Shown here piece after piece: positions 18,917 through 39,578 of a stretch of 64,000 nt of DNA. Made by a program: the position numbers and the translations under genes. The notes under the pieces are model-generated. The model searched no databases and had not been told where the DNA came from. It was given only the letters and a program-made list of their open reading frames with translations. Origin of the DNA: the human T2T-CHM13v2.0 reference genome, Homo sapiens. Within the stretch, counting starts at the first letter, position 1; each line of letters begins with the position of its first letter. Location: assembly GCF_009914755.1 (NCBI RefSeq), contig NC_060934.1, one strand, 5' to 3'.

Positions 18917-19541
18917 GTTTTTCAAATTTTAGTTTCGGGGCGACATCTGCAGGTTTGTTACATGAGTATATTGCATGATGCTGAGGTTTGGTCTTCTGTT
19001 GATCCCGTCACTCAAATAGTGAACATACTACCCAATAGACGGTTTTCTAACCCTTGCTTCCTTCCCACTATCCCCCGTTTCGGAATCTCCAGTGTTTATT
19101 GTTTCCATTTATTGAGACACCATTCTTTTCCCTTCTTTATCATCATTTATGAGATGCTCATTTTTACATAGGTCGTGTCTGGCTTCTCTATTCTAGTGAT
19201 TCATTTATCTTTTCCTTTACCTAGTATCAAGTTTTAATTACCATGCTTTTTTAAATCCCCCTCTTGCTCTGTCTCCAATGTTGGGTTTCACTCTGTCCCC
19301 CATGCTGGAGTACAGTGATGGAATCGTAGCTCACTGACAACTTCTTGAACTTCTGAGCTCAATCAGTCCTCTTGCCTCAGCCTCCAAAGTAGCTGGAATT
19401 ACAGGTGCAGGCCACCACGCCTGGTGTTACCATAGTTCTGCCTAGGAAGACAAGTAGTCTCAATTTCTTTTCAAAATCTTTACTGGATATTTTTACGCAT
19501 TTAGTCTTTCAAGTGAAATTTAAAATATATTTAAATTTCCT

Positions 19542-19846
<305 letters not shown>

Positions 19847-20814
19847 CTAGAAGTCCCATAAGAATTTTGATTGAAATTGCATTAAATTTCTATATTAATT
19901 TGAGAGATACCAACAAGTTTGAAATGTTGAACCTGTGCATCCAGGCTCATGGTGCTTTCATGTATTTATTTTCTGTATGCTCTAAATGAAAGTTCTGTGG
20001 TGCTTTTCATGTAGATATTAGACCTTTCTTTTATTCATTTGTTTGTTCGTTTTGTTTTTTTTTTTCTTTCTTTCTTGAGACTGGGCCTGGCTATTTTGCC
20101 CAGGCTGATCTTGAACCCCTGGGCTCAAGCAATCCCTCTGCCTTGGCCTCCCAAAGTGCTGGAAGTACCACTCCCGACCTAGACATTTCTTAATTGGAAT
20201 TAGTCCCAGAAACTTTATTGCTCCTGTTGCTAATGTTATGATACCTTTTTTCTATTACATATGCAAGTGGCCTATATTAATGCTTTTTTGTATGTTTTTA
20301 TTTATATGTGGCCACATCAGTGGACTCCCATCTATTAATATATTATTGGTTTCTCAAGGTCTGAAAAACTGCTAAATATATAATATTCCATTTCCTTACA
20401 ATATGTATAGTTAGTTTTTAACCTTTTATATTACATCTAGAGTCCACGCTTTTTCCATGAGGCTGAGGTTTAGCAAATGAAAAATATACAGCATATAGTA
20501 AAGGCTCGATGTTAGTTTTTTTCCTCACTGTTTCAGTCTAACACAGATCAAAAAATAAAAAAAACTAAACTAAGTAAAATTTGTAAGGAAATAGATATCT
20601 ACACGTCATAATCTAAGTTCTCTACCTTAATTTCTCTCTTCTTTGGAAAATGGTATGATGATAGGTGGTTGGAATTTTTCTTCACTCAGATTCTCTTTAG
20701 GTTTCCTTAGGGGGAAAAATCAATCAAAGAAAAATTTTATATATTTGATTATACTAGAATCTAAAATTTTTTTTGCCATTTATTTCTGGAAGAAACTGGA
20801 TTATCAAATATAAT

Positions 20815-21121
20815 TCTTTTTTCTTTTTTTGAGGCAGCATCTCTCATTCTGTTGCCCAGGCTGGAGTGCAGTGGTGTGATCATGGCTCACTGCAGCCTCG
20901 ACCTCTCTCGGCTCAGGTGATCCTTCTACTGTCAGCCTCCTGAGTAGCTGGAACTACAGGGTTGCTCCACTATGCTTGGCTAATTTTTAAATGGTTTTTT
21001 TTGTAGAGACAGGGTTTCCCCATATTGCCCAGGCTGGTCTTGAACTCCTGGGCTGAAGTGATCCACCTGCTTTGGCCTCCCAGAGTGCTGGGATTACAAG
21101 CATGGGCCATGGTGCCCAGCC
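20815..21121 (-). mobile_element. Alu (J-type)
   Basis: Alu consensus; TSD-like tcaaata(t/g)aattct. Confidence 0.9.
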
Positions 21122-22309
21122 TCAAATAGAATTCTAACTCAGGTTTTTAACCCAAAGCCCATGGGGTTTCTTCTTTACTTTCTAGATTTGGAATTCTTTT
21201 AAAGACAAGTACAGAGTCATTGGAAAAAAAAAAAGTTGAACATCATAGAAGACTGAGTCATTCATTGATAACTGTTGGGCCTAAGTGGTGGGTGGATTTG
21301 GTTTGATTATATTGCTCTCTCTACTTTTATGTATGTTTGAAGATGTCTAAAAGGGAAGTTTAAAAAAAATCCTATCGGCCAGTTGCAAGCCTGGGGCACA
21401 TTATTTGAATGTTTCTTAGTTTTTCAACTATAGATTGGAAATGGAATCTGTTAGCAGGGTGTAGTGGTATTAAAAATATAGACATAAATTGCCTGGTGAT
21501 ACTTATAGTAGATGTTCAGTAAACATTAATTCTTAGGAATAGCATCATGAATTATACAAATTGTTAATCCTCATAGCCATTCTCTGAAGTAGGCAGCTTT
21601 ATCCCAGTTTTCATATGAGAAAACTGAGAATTGGAGCAGCTAAGTATTATGCTTTGAAGTATACAAGAAGCAAATGATGGAGCTAAAATTTGAGTCCAAT
21701 TTCTGACCTCAAAGTCTAGGACACTTGAAGCCTCCTTGAAAAAGGAAGGCTACTATTGACAAAGCTTTGTTTCTGTTACATTATATTTTCTCAGATTTAA
21801 TCTTCATCATAACTGCAAGGCATATTGAATATCTGTAACCTTTTAAAAAGAAGCACATAGATTTTTCACATTTTTGTATATGAGTAGTTAACTCTAAAAA
21901 AATGTGTATTTTATTTTAAAATATATTTGAATGTGTAAGTTGAGTTTAAGTATTGGCAATACCATGTTTTTGTGGGAAAAAAGATGCCTCTTGGTTTTCC
22001 AGGTGAGTTTGTATATGAGATAAAACCTGTGTTTGAAAGTTAAAAATTTTATATTTTTGGTACTATACCTTTAGATGGTTTATTGGAAAGATACTATATT
22101 TGATAATGTACATTGTATTTTTGTTATTGAATTTATTAAAATCATAATTTGTAATGTCGATATGAAATGAATCCAGAGCAAATCAGGGCAAGAAGATGTA
22201 AACTAGGAAGGGCCTTCCTCTGTGTGTGTGTGTGTATGTGTGTTTGTGTGTGTGTGTGTGACCCACAGAGAGAGAGAGAAAGAGAGGTCCTTGAGTCATA
22301 AAGATTTCT

Positions 22310-23112
<803 letters not shown>

Positions 23113-23522
23113 TTAGAAATTATTCCTGTGATGTTAAGAGACCTAGTGTAAAGATTTCTTTTTATTCAACAAAATTTATTGACATTGAACAGTTTATTAT
23201 CTGTTATGTGCTTTTTAAGAAGATTTACATGTTAGGTTTGTTACCAAGCACCTAAAGGGTAATGTTTCACATAACACCTACAAGATGCTTGGTAATGTCC
23301 ATTCATGCCTGATGAATTTCCTAGCACATGGTAGGTCTTCAGTTAATGTTTAATGATAATAGGGAAATGGCCTATAAAAGCCTTAAAACTTTGGAGTAAA
23401 TTTCCACCCTACTTTATAAGGAATTATGAAATGTTTCCAAACTTCTGCATTTATGAAACGCTTAAAGCATATCTCCAAAGCACCATTTCTAAAATGAAAG
23501 TTGATCAGTACTTGGGGAATAA

Positions 23523-23932
<410 letters not shown>

Positions 23933-24680
23933 TGAAACACAATTTCAATAATTTTTGGTTTGGGGTCTAATTGGGGAGTACTTTTTAATGGTGTAGTCTC
24001 ATAAACTGAAAAATTGATTTGCATGCTGTCTTTCATAGACTATTTTTTGTTTAATTAAAAATCTCTTGTGAGAAGTAGAAATTTGGATTGGAAAGACTGG
24101 GTGTTTGCTTCTTTCTGTCTTGTGTTTATTAAAGGTTTCTTTAGGTTGTTTTGCCATTTTCCCTCCATTCTCCTCATTATATTTAGTTCTCTGTTCAATC
24201 CTAGTGTACACACAAAGTAGTTGGAGAATTACCAACCCATACTCTTCTGAAAAATAAATTTAGTAACCAGAGTACAGTAGTGCATACGGTTCTTTTTGTC
24301 TTTATTTTTACCAAATAGTTTTCTGAAGTTAGTTCAGTTAGTTTTTTCTTCTCTATCTCCTACAGTTTAGTTCTATTCTTAATTTTTAATAGAGTTGGAT
24401 TTGCAGTTTGAGGTTCTCCCACATTCTGGTTGATTTGAACTATTTATTTTAACGGATATGTGAAACATTACCGTTGTTCTAAGAGTCAGAATTCTACTCA
24501 GAGACCAGTCATTTGCCAGGGCATACTCAGAGAATTGTCATTTCCCCTTCATCTCTTTTATCCTATTCCCATCCCCCTCTTCTCTGTACCCCGTTTCCAC
24601 CTACTCTGTGGAGATAACTAATCTCACTGACTTCTGGTTCTCTCCTCTTCTTGTTTTTGTACAAATGGGTGGATACATAT

Positions 24681-25758
<1,078 letters not shown>

Positions 25759-25850
25759 TAGATATATATCACCTCATATTTTCTTCCTTACATGAAGGGT
25801 AGTACACTCTAGGTATTCTTTTATGCTTTGATTTAATAATATATTTTATT

Positions 25851-26154
<304 letters not shown>

Positions 26155-26188
26155 TTATTATGTTATTATAACATAGCCTTATTATGTA

Positions 26189-26529
26189 CAGTCGGCCCTG
26201 TGTATCCATTGAGTTCTGTGTCTGTGGATCTAACCAACCACACATGGAAAATTTTTGGAAAAGATGGTTGCATCTGTACTGGACATGTATAGACTTTTCT
26301 TTCTCATCATTATTGCTTAAACAATACAGTTTAAAAACTGTTTACCATAGCATTTAGATTATATCAGGTATTGTAAGCAATCTAGAGATTATTTCAAGTA
26401 TATGAGAGGATGTGCATAGGTTATATACAAATACTACACCATTTTACATGAGAGACTTGAGCATCCGTGGAGTTTGGTATCCACGGGGGGTCCTGGAGCC
26501 AGTCCCCTGCAGATACCGAGGGATGGCTG
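26189..26529 (-). mobile_element. MER2 (TcMar-Tigger)
   Basis: cagtcggccctgtgtatcc ... gataccgagggatggctg with TA flanks. Confidence 0.8.
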
Positions 26530-27192
26530 TATGTTAATAATATATTCAGGTTATCTACTAAGTGCATCCAGGAATCCTTCCTTATTAATTCATAGAATAC
26601 TTTTTTGTTTTTTTACAGCTGCATAGTACTCCATTGCATGGATGTGCCATAGTTTATTCAACCACTGTCCTGTATCTGGACATTAGGCTGTTTCCAGTGT
26701 TTATTGTAATTATAAAATAGGCTTCAGTGTATATACTTTGGTTGTTGAGGTGTACCCTCAGGGTAAATTCCCAAAGATGGGATCACTGGACTGATTAAAG
26801 GTAAGTGCATTTGTTGTATTGTTAGGTATTGCTAAATTTCCTTCCAGAAAAGTTGTGTTTGTCATCGGTATTCTCACCTGCACAGCTGTTTTGAGTTTTC
26901 TCACAGTCTCGCCAGCACATGTGTTGTCATTCTTGTTAATTGTTCCCAATCTGATGGGTGAGCATGGTGTCACAACTGGTTTTAATTTACATTTCTCTAA
27001 TTATGAGTGAGATTGAACATCTTTTCACATGTTTAAGGGTCATTTTATGTCTTTGTGACATGTTTTACTTTAAAAGTTTATTTTGGATGCACACTTTTTT
27101 TTTTGTTATCATTGTTAGGTTATTCACCTTCAACTTGTCAGAACAGTAGCACTCTAAAAACGCCAGACTTTATTATGACTCTCCTCTTTCAG

Positions 27193-27329
27193 ATCTTCCA
27201 TGGTGGCTTATTCTAATTCGGCAGAAAGCATTGGTGGGCAAACTCCCAGGAGACCATGAGGTCTGTAAAGTTACCAAAATTGCTGTGCTCTCACTTTCTG
27301 AAATGGAACCTCAGGATCTTGAGCTAGAG
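27193..27329 (+). CDS. INPP5F: INPP5F/SAC2 coding exon 3 (DLPWWLILIRQKALVGKLPGDHEVCKVTKIAVLSLSEMEPQDLELE)
   Basis: Acceptor ctcctctttcag, donor gtaggt; 137 nt, phase 1 to 0; translation matches the recalled SAC2 N-terminal region. Confidence 0.96.
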
Positions 27330-28106
27330 GTAGGTGAAATAAAGGGAAATTATATGGAAACCTGATATAAATGTAATAGCAAATATGAGGATTTGGTTCA
27401 GTAGACCAGAAACTTACATTTTTAGAGCTGGGTAATGTTTTTAAAATAATTTAATCCTAAGATTTTCCAACTTAGTAGTGGAACTCTTGTCTCAAAATCC
27501 ATGAAATCTAGTGTAGAAGACACATAAAGGCAGGGCTGCTGTGGTCGCAGTAGTGTTGGGGGAATCCCTGGGGCTCTGTCCACTTGATCTCTCCTGGGAA
27601 GCCACCTTCTGTTTCCAGGGTGCCCTAGGGCTCTGCACAGTACAGTTTGAAAACTTCTTAGGGAAAAGGAGTGAGTTAAGAAAAGGAGAGCTCTTATTAT
27701 ATCCTCTTTTGTCTGCATTTCTTGAAAATTTTCTAAGCATATATTACTCTATTAAAATTTACAAAGAAAGTTTTTTAAAAGGAAGACAGTCACTCATCTA
27801 ATGTAATCTCTTTATTTTCCAGAGAAGAGCTCAAGTCCACAAGTAGAGTGATTTAAGGATGGAATAATGAGATTGTCTAGGGCTAGTGTTTTTTACCACA
27901 AGGTGCTGCCTCCTAGTAGAAGTAACCCATGAAAGCATTTATGTCCTGTTTGCTCTTAGTATGGGAATTAGATGCCTAGTAATTGTCATCACTCCGATTG
28001 TTTTGTTCACTATGTGATGTGCCAGGTGGGCCCTGTGTATTACATAGATGATAATATTTAGTCCCCAAGACCCCCCTATGAGGTAGACATTACTACAAAT
28101 AAAGGA

Positions 28107-28221
28107 GGCTAGGTGGGTGGCTCCTGTCTTTGACAGGCTGAGGCTGGAGGATTGCTTGAGCTGAGGGGTTCGAGACCAGCCTGGGCAACATAGCCAGACC
28201 TTGTCTTGTGGAAAAAAAAAA
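28107..28221 (+). mobile_element. FLAM-like Alu monomer
   Basis: Monomer with poly(A). Confidence 0.8.
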
Positions 28222-30244
28222 TTAATGAGTGAATGGATTTTAGAAAATAAAATAAAAACAAATAAAGGAGGCCTGGCAAGGGTTAAGTCACACAGCTGGC
28301 AGAGGTGGGGCCTGGATCTAGACTCAGGCTGCCTGGTCCTATATAATTCTGCTGAGCTGCCGCCCTGTTACCTGAACATCAGGTAACAGCAAAGCACACA
28401 CTGCCCCACAACTCAACACATGTTTTTCCATGTAGAGTTCTTGGGGAGGAACTTTGGGGACAGGGTTAAATTGCCTTAAGAATAAGTAAAAATAAAACTA
28501 TTTTTATGCTTCAAATGTCACTGGAAGTTTGACAATTGAATTTTAAGAAACAAAATGAATTTAAGTGGACTCTGATATTAATTATTTGTTACAGGAATCG
28601 AAAAAAGTTTGGAGTTCTTAATTCTCCTTTTATTGGTACTTATGCTAGAACACTATTCACTATTGCTGATCGAGAGACAAAAAACCTAGGTGGCAATTAG
28701 GCCTATTAAAAGCAGATGTTTGCAGTTTTTGTCTGCATTTTTTTTGGGTGAAGAGCAGCCAGACTAGCAAAAATTTTGTTAGTTTCCTAAGCCAGTAAAT
28801 TTGCTGGCAGTGTCTTTTGGATGGTTTTGCTGACACACTGAAAGATCAGGATGGCTTGTTATCACAGACCTTTCCCTTGAGGGTGGGCACCCCTTTGGCC
28901 TGGCATTCAGGTTTGAGCACTAAGACTGGGGTCTCTGGCAGTTTGATTTAGAGATGGGAACCAGCCCGCCCAGCACTTTATCCATCTGCCAGTCATGATT
29001 TGCATATTTGGCACTCCCAGTTCTTCGGAAATTAAATGTCACACATCATCCAGAAAAGGTTGGGACCTTTGTTAGGCCTTTCAGGGAGGTGTTCTGATGT
29101 CCTTCATGGCCACCAATCTGTAACATTTTTGAGACTAGTAGCTGACTATTCAATAAAAAGGGAAAAAACCAAGATGGCTTTAGGAACTAACATTTACATG
29201 GAGTCTTTAAGGGCAAAAGTGTGAATATTATCAAAGCTTTAAGAGCTTCTTTATTCTTCATACTTTCCCTTTTTTCTCTCTCGATAGTCTAAGGGAAAGA
29301 GATTATATTCAAATAAAAAGGAAGTGAGATTTCCTCCATTGACATAATTATTTTTACAGCTGTTGGGCTGTACAGTATAAACTACCGTACTTCTCAGGGC
29401 CAGCGAGATCGTGGTTCACGTTAAGAGTTGAGTATACGTAACGACTCTTGCTAATTGGGAGTAAAAGTAACTACAGAGAAAGTATTTCCAGGTCCTATCT
29501 CAGTGAATAGTTTGGTACACCTTTCTCTCAAGAGATTAAAATTTTAGAAATTTACACTTTTGCCATTTTTTCTTTCCTTTTAATCCTGTTTTATGGTAAA
29601 GGAACTTTGCAACAGTGAACAACAGGAAGGGCAAAGAACCACATGTTGAAAATCACAACTTTATTATCTTTTAACATGTTAATTTAAATCTTGGTATCTA
29701 TTTCAATTTCCATATAACTCAATTTAAAAGAGTTTTTAGAAGCTTAATCCTTTTTAAATTGTTTTTTGGTTATACAGTAAATTGTAAAAGAGAAGAAAAA
29801 AAATTCCTCCACTTGGAAATAATTGTTATCAATATTCTACTGAGTTTTGGTGGGTGTTTCCATTTGTGCCTAGGCTCTTTGGAGGACCAGTGTTACTTTC
29901 ACATGTTTCAGAATAGTTTCTCTGTTTTGCACTTTTACATATTTCCCTCTAGTCTTATTATTTTTTTAAGAACATAGGAAGACTTTGTTAAACAAAACTA
30001 CTTATTTCTCCTTAGTATGACTTTCTGATTTGGATGTCTGTGTATCAGTTTGAATAATCTGCATTTATTCCAGCAGCATCCTTTAATGTGGTCACTGTTC
30101 CCAGATTTGCTAAAGCCTAAGTCTGTGTTCTGTAATTGGAGCAGAAGCAATCTTATTTCAGAGACGGGTATTAATAGAATTTCTAGTTTTCTGCCTCTGT
30201 TGTCTTTTTATCGCAAATATATGCCTTATTTGTTTGCCAGTTAA

Positions 30245-31450
<1,206 letters not shown>

Positions 31451-32137
31451 ATTAAAAACCTGTATAAGGGTATGAAGAATCTGTAATGGTTTAAACAATG
31501 AGGACTTAGTTGTTGCTTCTTTAGAAAAAAAATACCCTTTAAAGTTATATAGGCTTATGTTCCATGTCTGCATATCTTATTTGCGTATCTCATTGCCTTA
31601 ATGGATAACCGCATCATTTTCCGTATTTAGTTTCCATCAGACACCTGTTTAAAATTTTAGCTTCAGATGGATGTAGGTACCAGCTTTTCACATAAAATTA
31701 TTTATGTCCCTTTTCTTAAATGGCAGCAGCAACATCAACCCTTAGTCTCGGTCACAAGATGTAAGTTGCAAGCGTAATTTAAAAACTAGGGAAGTGCTGT
31801 GGAGCTTGTGGCTGTGGTGTTGTCTTTTTGAGATCGCGTGTTTCAGAGTTGTGATAAGGACCTAACCACATACCACACAGAACTGGCTGGGCCTCTGGAA
31901 AAGGGAAGGTGATCCTGTTGCCAGTGCTATGCATTGTAATCCCTGGGGCTCTGTGTAAACAAAATACCTTAGGACTGGGAAGGAATCCTAAGAAGTAATT
32001 TTCTCTATCCCTGTTTTTTGTCAGGACTGAATTTAACCTTTTCAGAAAGGTAGTGCTCTATACTTTATTTTCTAAAGATAACTGTGTAGCAGATTCTAAC
32101 ATACTCACTGGAAATGTTTGCATTTATAGTAATCTCA

Positions 32138-33373
<1,236 letters not shown>

Positions 33374-33589
33374 CTACACAGTAAAGAGGACTAACAGGGC
33401 TTCATGGGAGATGGGATCCTGGGGCCATGCTTAGCACTTGAGGCCTGGTGCTCAGGTGGAACTCCCTAGATCATGAGGGGAGCTGTTAGAGTGTCTGCAC
33501 TGAGTTGGATAATCCTGCATAGAACATCTCCTGTGTGCCATGCCAGTAGCATTTCCATGAAGAAATACTGGTCTGGGCAAAAGATAGGG

Positions 33590-35700
<2,111 letters not shown>

Positions 35701-37096
35701 TGAGTAAGAGGACAGCAGTGGCTGAGGAAGAGGAGTCGCTCGGGGGTGTGCAGAGGAGAGGAGCGGAGGAGGATGGGCCTGTGTGCTGACGGAAACGATC
35801 ACAGAAAGAGGGATGCCATGTCCATAAGCTTGGTTCTGTCTTCTCTCCTTCCGTGTCACCTGGAATTCTTGCTAGTTTTGCTTATTTGAAGGGAAATAAA
35901 GTGAGCTGTTCTGGTAATAGGAGTATAAAGCTTTTCTCCCTCATCTTTAGTTCCCTTGTCTTTAATGGTAGGGCAGGAGCAGCTTAAAGCTGTAATCATG
36001 GTGTGAAACCTGTGTGGACAGTTTTTGATAGCCATGATTTTGAAAAGGCTTGAAATCATCTGGAGATCCCATTGCACATGAAAATTTGGTCCAGTTATTA
36101 GTTTCTACTTCCAAATTTGATAAAACAGGGATTCTCTCTCTCTCAATCAAAGCTTAAACTCGCTTTTCTTCTCACTTTATCTTAATAGTTATTTTGTAAC
36201 ACACTGATGATAATAAGCATTTAGTAACTATTAGTTCTTATTAAGAGTCTCCTACTTAGTGTAGCAATGCAACTAGTTTGTTGAAAAAATGGAATTGGTC
36301 TGCATATTGTTAACAGAATTTGTGTGTACATTTCAGAATATTTGCTTTGTTTGCTGAGCTACATGAAATTATATGTAAATCCCTCAACTTTAATCAGGTA
36401 GCCTTCTTTAGAACCTTCTGTGCCTTCTCTTCTCTTAACATAGCCGTATTCACGCTCCCACGCCCTTCCTTACCCTTGTCAGCTGTGCGGCACTTCTCCT
36501 GCAGCCCCTAATTACTGCTTCTTCAAGTTTAACTAATCTCCGGACCCAAAGTGTATGTTATTAAGCTGATTTCATTAGTGCATGTGAGCGTAGGAGGAGA
36601 GGGAGTGGTTGAAATGTCCAGCTTTTAGGGCTCCCACTAGAGCAGGCTCTTAAGCCATCTTCTCAACCAAAACACTCAATTAGCATCAGTATTTAGCACG
36701 GATACCTGTAAAGTCATAACCCTGAAGCATAGCAAATGTGCATTTTGCAATTTTTAAATTCTTAGATACTAATTTCCAAAGCATTAATAACCTCAGCCGG
36801 AACATTTCACTCTTCAGTTATGTTAGAAGAGAACCGATTATGAGCCTAACCTGAATTTTCCACCTCTAAATCCTAAGTATATCCTGCCCTGTATTCTTTG
36901 TGTTTTATCCTCTGCTATAGCTTTCTCATCATGGGACTCATAGTTGTGCTTGCCATCAATTGTCTACTTGATAATTTTTCTAACTCTTGAAGTTTACTGT
37001 TAATCAGAATGCCTGAGCAGTAGCATTCACTTTTGCACTCGAACATTTAACAAACAGGTATTAGTAATAACAAATCATCTTTCTCTTCCTATTTAG

Positions 37097-37225
37097 CTCT
37101 GTAAGAAGCATCATTTTGGTATTAACAAACCAGAGAAGATCATACCATCTCCTGATGACTCAAAGTTTCTACTGAAGACCTTTACGCATATTAAATCCAA
37201 TGTGTCTGCTCCTAATAAAAAGAAA
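37097..37225 (+). CDS. INPP5F: INPP5F exon 4 (LCKKHHFGINKPEKII...SAPNKKK)
   Basis: Acceptor cctatttag, donor gtaaga; 129 nt, phase 0-0, in frame with exon 3. Confidence 0.96.
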
Positions 37226-37448
37226 GTAAGAGTTTAATTGATATAGGCTTTGAATTCACCTTTGATTAGTTTTAAATAGAGAGATAATTCTCCACTCAGA
37301 AAATTTATTTTTAAACCATTTGTTGTATTGAAGCACCATCTCCTTATGCCCTTGGGATTATTTTCACTTCTGTCTTAGGAATTTATGTGTTATCCCCAGA
37401 CTACTTTACATTTAATTTCTGTAGTAATAGTAGATTAATTTCTTATAG

Positions 37449-37616
37449 GTTAAGGAAAGTAAAGAGAAGGAGAAGTTGGAGAGGAGATTACTTGAAGAGT
37501 TGCTGAAGATGTTCATGGACTCAGAATCCTTTTATTATAGCTTGACCTATGACCTGACCAATTCCGTGCAGAGGCAGAGCACTGGGGAGAGGGACGGTCG
37601 GCCCCTCTGGCAGAAG
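37449..37616 (+). CDS. INPP5F: INPP5F exon 5 (VKESKEKEKLERRLLEELLKMFMDSESFYYSLTYDLTNSVQRQ...PLWQK)
   Basis: Acceptor tcttatag, donor gtacca; 168 nt; SAC-domain FYYSxxYDLT motif. Confidence 0.97.
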
Positions 37617-37736
37617 GTACCACTCACAGCTCGTAGAGCAGGGTTTGCCCTTGGGAAGAAGTGATGGCCTGTTTTGGCTTTTGTAGGAAAACTGAAATAA
37701 TGTGTTTCTGAACTATTGTTCCTGCACCTTTTCTAG

Positions 37737-37793
37737 GTTGATGACCGATTTTTTTGGAATAAATACATGATACAAGATCTTACTGAGATTGGT
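37737..37793 (+). CDS. INPP5F: INPP5F exon 6 (VDDRFFWNKYMIQDLTEIG)
   Basis: Acceptor ccttttctag, donor gtgagt; 57 nt; SAC motif DxRFFWN. Confidence 0.97.
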
Positions 37794-38973
37794 GTGAGTA
37801 GTTGTTTCTAAAATTTCCTAACCGTAATGAAATTGGTCTGTTTGTTTCTAAAACGTCTGGTTATAATTGTTAAGCAAATGTTTTTTAATTATATTAAGAT
37901 ACATTTTTAAAGATCACTACGTTTTCCCCTATGGAATGGGAATCATTTAGCCAGGAAAACCAAGGCATTATTTTAAGGCAGTTTACAATTTCACTGCCTC
38001 GTCACAGGCCTGTCTTTTTAGCACATTCCCATAGGATAATGGTAAGTTAAGGCTGTGGAACTCATGTTCATAGACTTCCTGCAAAAGAGGTATTTTCTTT
38101 CTACCCATTGGGAATGTTTGAGCCCAGTTTTCCTGAAATGGTACCAGTTTTTTTTTTTTTTTTTTTTTTAACCTTCGCCGGACTTCTGTTTTCTATCTGG
38201 GAATTGGAATAGCCAAATCTCTGAGGCCATTGCTGTACTACCAGTATTTGATAGGGGGAAGATACAGAATATGATGAGATTATTGCAAGAAGTTCCTTTG
38301 GTTTGATGATTATTTTTTTCCTTTTCTTGGTCATGTATGTTGGAAAATTGACTGTCTAAAGACAATTCATTCAATCAACAAATATTTATGGAAGGCCTGT
38401 TATGTGCCACTTGTCTTTTAGACATTAAACAAAGCAGGCAAATAGGTGAATAAAGTCATATGTTATCTTTTAACCTTTCAGAAATTTCACACCTTTTCCT
38501 TTTGGTTTCTCCCCTTTAGTGGTGGTTAGTATCAATGATTTTCACATAATCTAGTGGTGTCTTCGCTAGATACCCATCAATTGCCTCTATGGAGAATGAG
38601 GCCTGAGATTATTCTTACCTCTGTTTGCAATGCTGATCAAACTGTGACCACCAAAACCCAGTGGTAGAGGAGAAAAGCAGGGGCATCTGTAATGAGCATT
38701 TGTCCTGTGTGCTGACAATATCGAGCTCTAACATGTTTTGCCGAGTTTTTGTCAGAATGCTTTTACATTACCATTTAAAACTGACGACTTGAAGTCGTCA
38801 TATTCAAAGGTGACATTTGGCAGCATAAATTTCTCTATGCCTGTCAAGAGTTTTGCATTTATTGCTAGAACAGAAATACAAATAATGGGAATGGTGATAA
38901 GAATGCAGGTAGATCCTTTACCTCACTATTTTCAACTTTAGCCACCTTCCTAAGATCCTATCTGCAGGCTGCA

Positions 38974-39018
38974 TAAAACAAAACAAAACAAAACAAAACA
39001 AAACAAAACAAAACAAAA
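38974..39018. repeat. (AAAAC)n pentanucleotide microsatellite
   Basis: Directly visible. Confidence 0.95.
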
Positions 39019-39221
39019 CTGAGATAGGACCTGGAGTGTTTGGTGATGGAAGAAGAGGTGGATTTGAAGTGGATGCTGAGATTAAGGCTGGGTACACTTA
39101 CGGAGATAAGAGAGAAAGGACAAAGAAGAACTCTCTGGAGCATTTTTATCCTTTACTGTCTCTGCAGATAATAAGTTGAGAAATCTGTCTTCTTAGTCTG
39201 AAAGAGACAGAAGAAGAAATC

Positions 39222-39526
39222 TTTATTTTATTTATTTGTTTTTTTTGACACAGTATCTCTCTGTCACCCAGGCTGGAGTGCAGTGGCACGATCTCAGCCC
39301 ACTGCAACTTCACCTCCCGGGTTCAAGTGATTCTCCTGTCTCAGCCTCCCAAGTAGCTGGGATTACAGCTTGCGCCCCAGGCCCAGCTAATTTTTTGTAT
39401 TTTTAGTAGAGACGGGGTTTCACCATGTTGGCCAGGCTGGTCTCAGACTCCTGGCCTCAAGTGAATAGCCCACCTCAGCCTCCTAAAGTGCTGGGATTAC
39501 AGGCATTGATCCACTGCAACTGACCA
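39222..39526 (-). mobile_element. Alu (S-type)
   Basis: TSD agaagaagaaatcttta. Confidence 0.93.
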
Positions 39527-39578
39527 GAAGAAGAAATCTTTAATCAGTACTCTCCTAATTATGTTGGATGACATTTTA

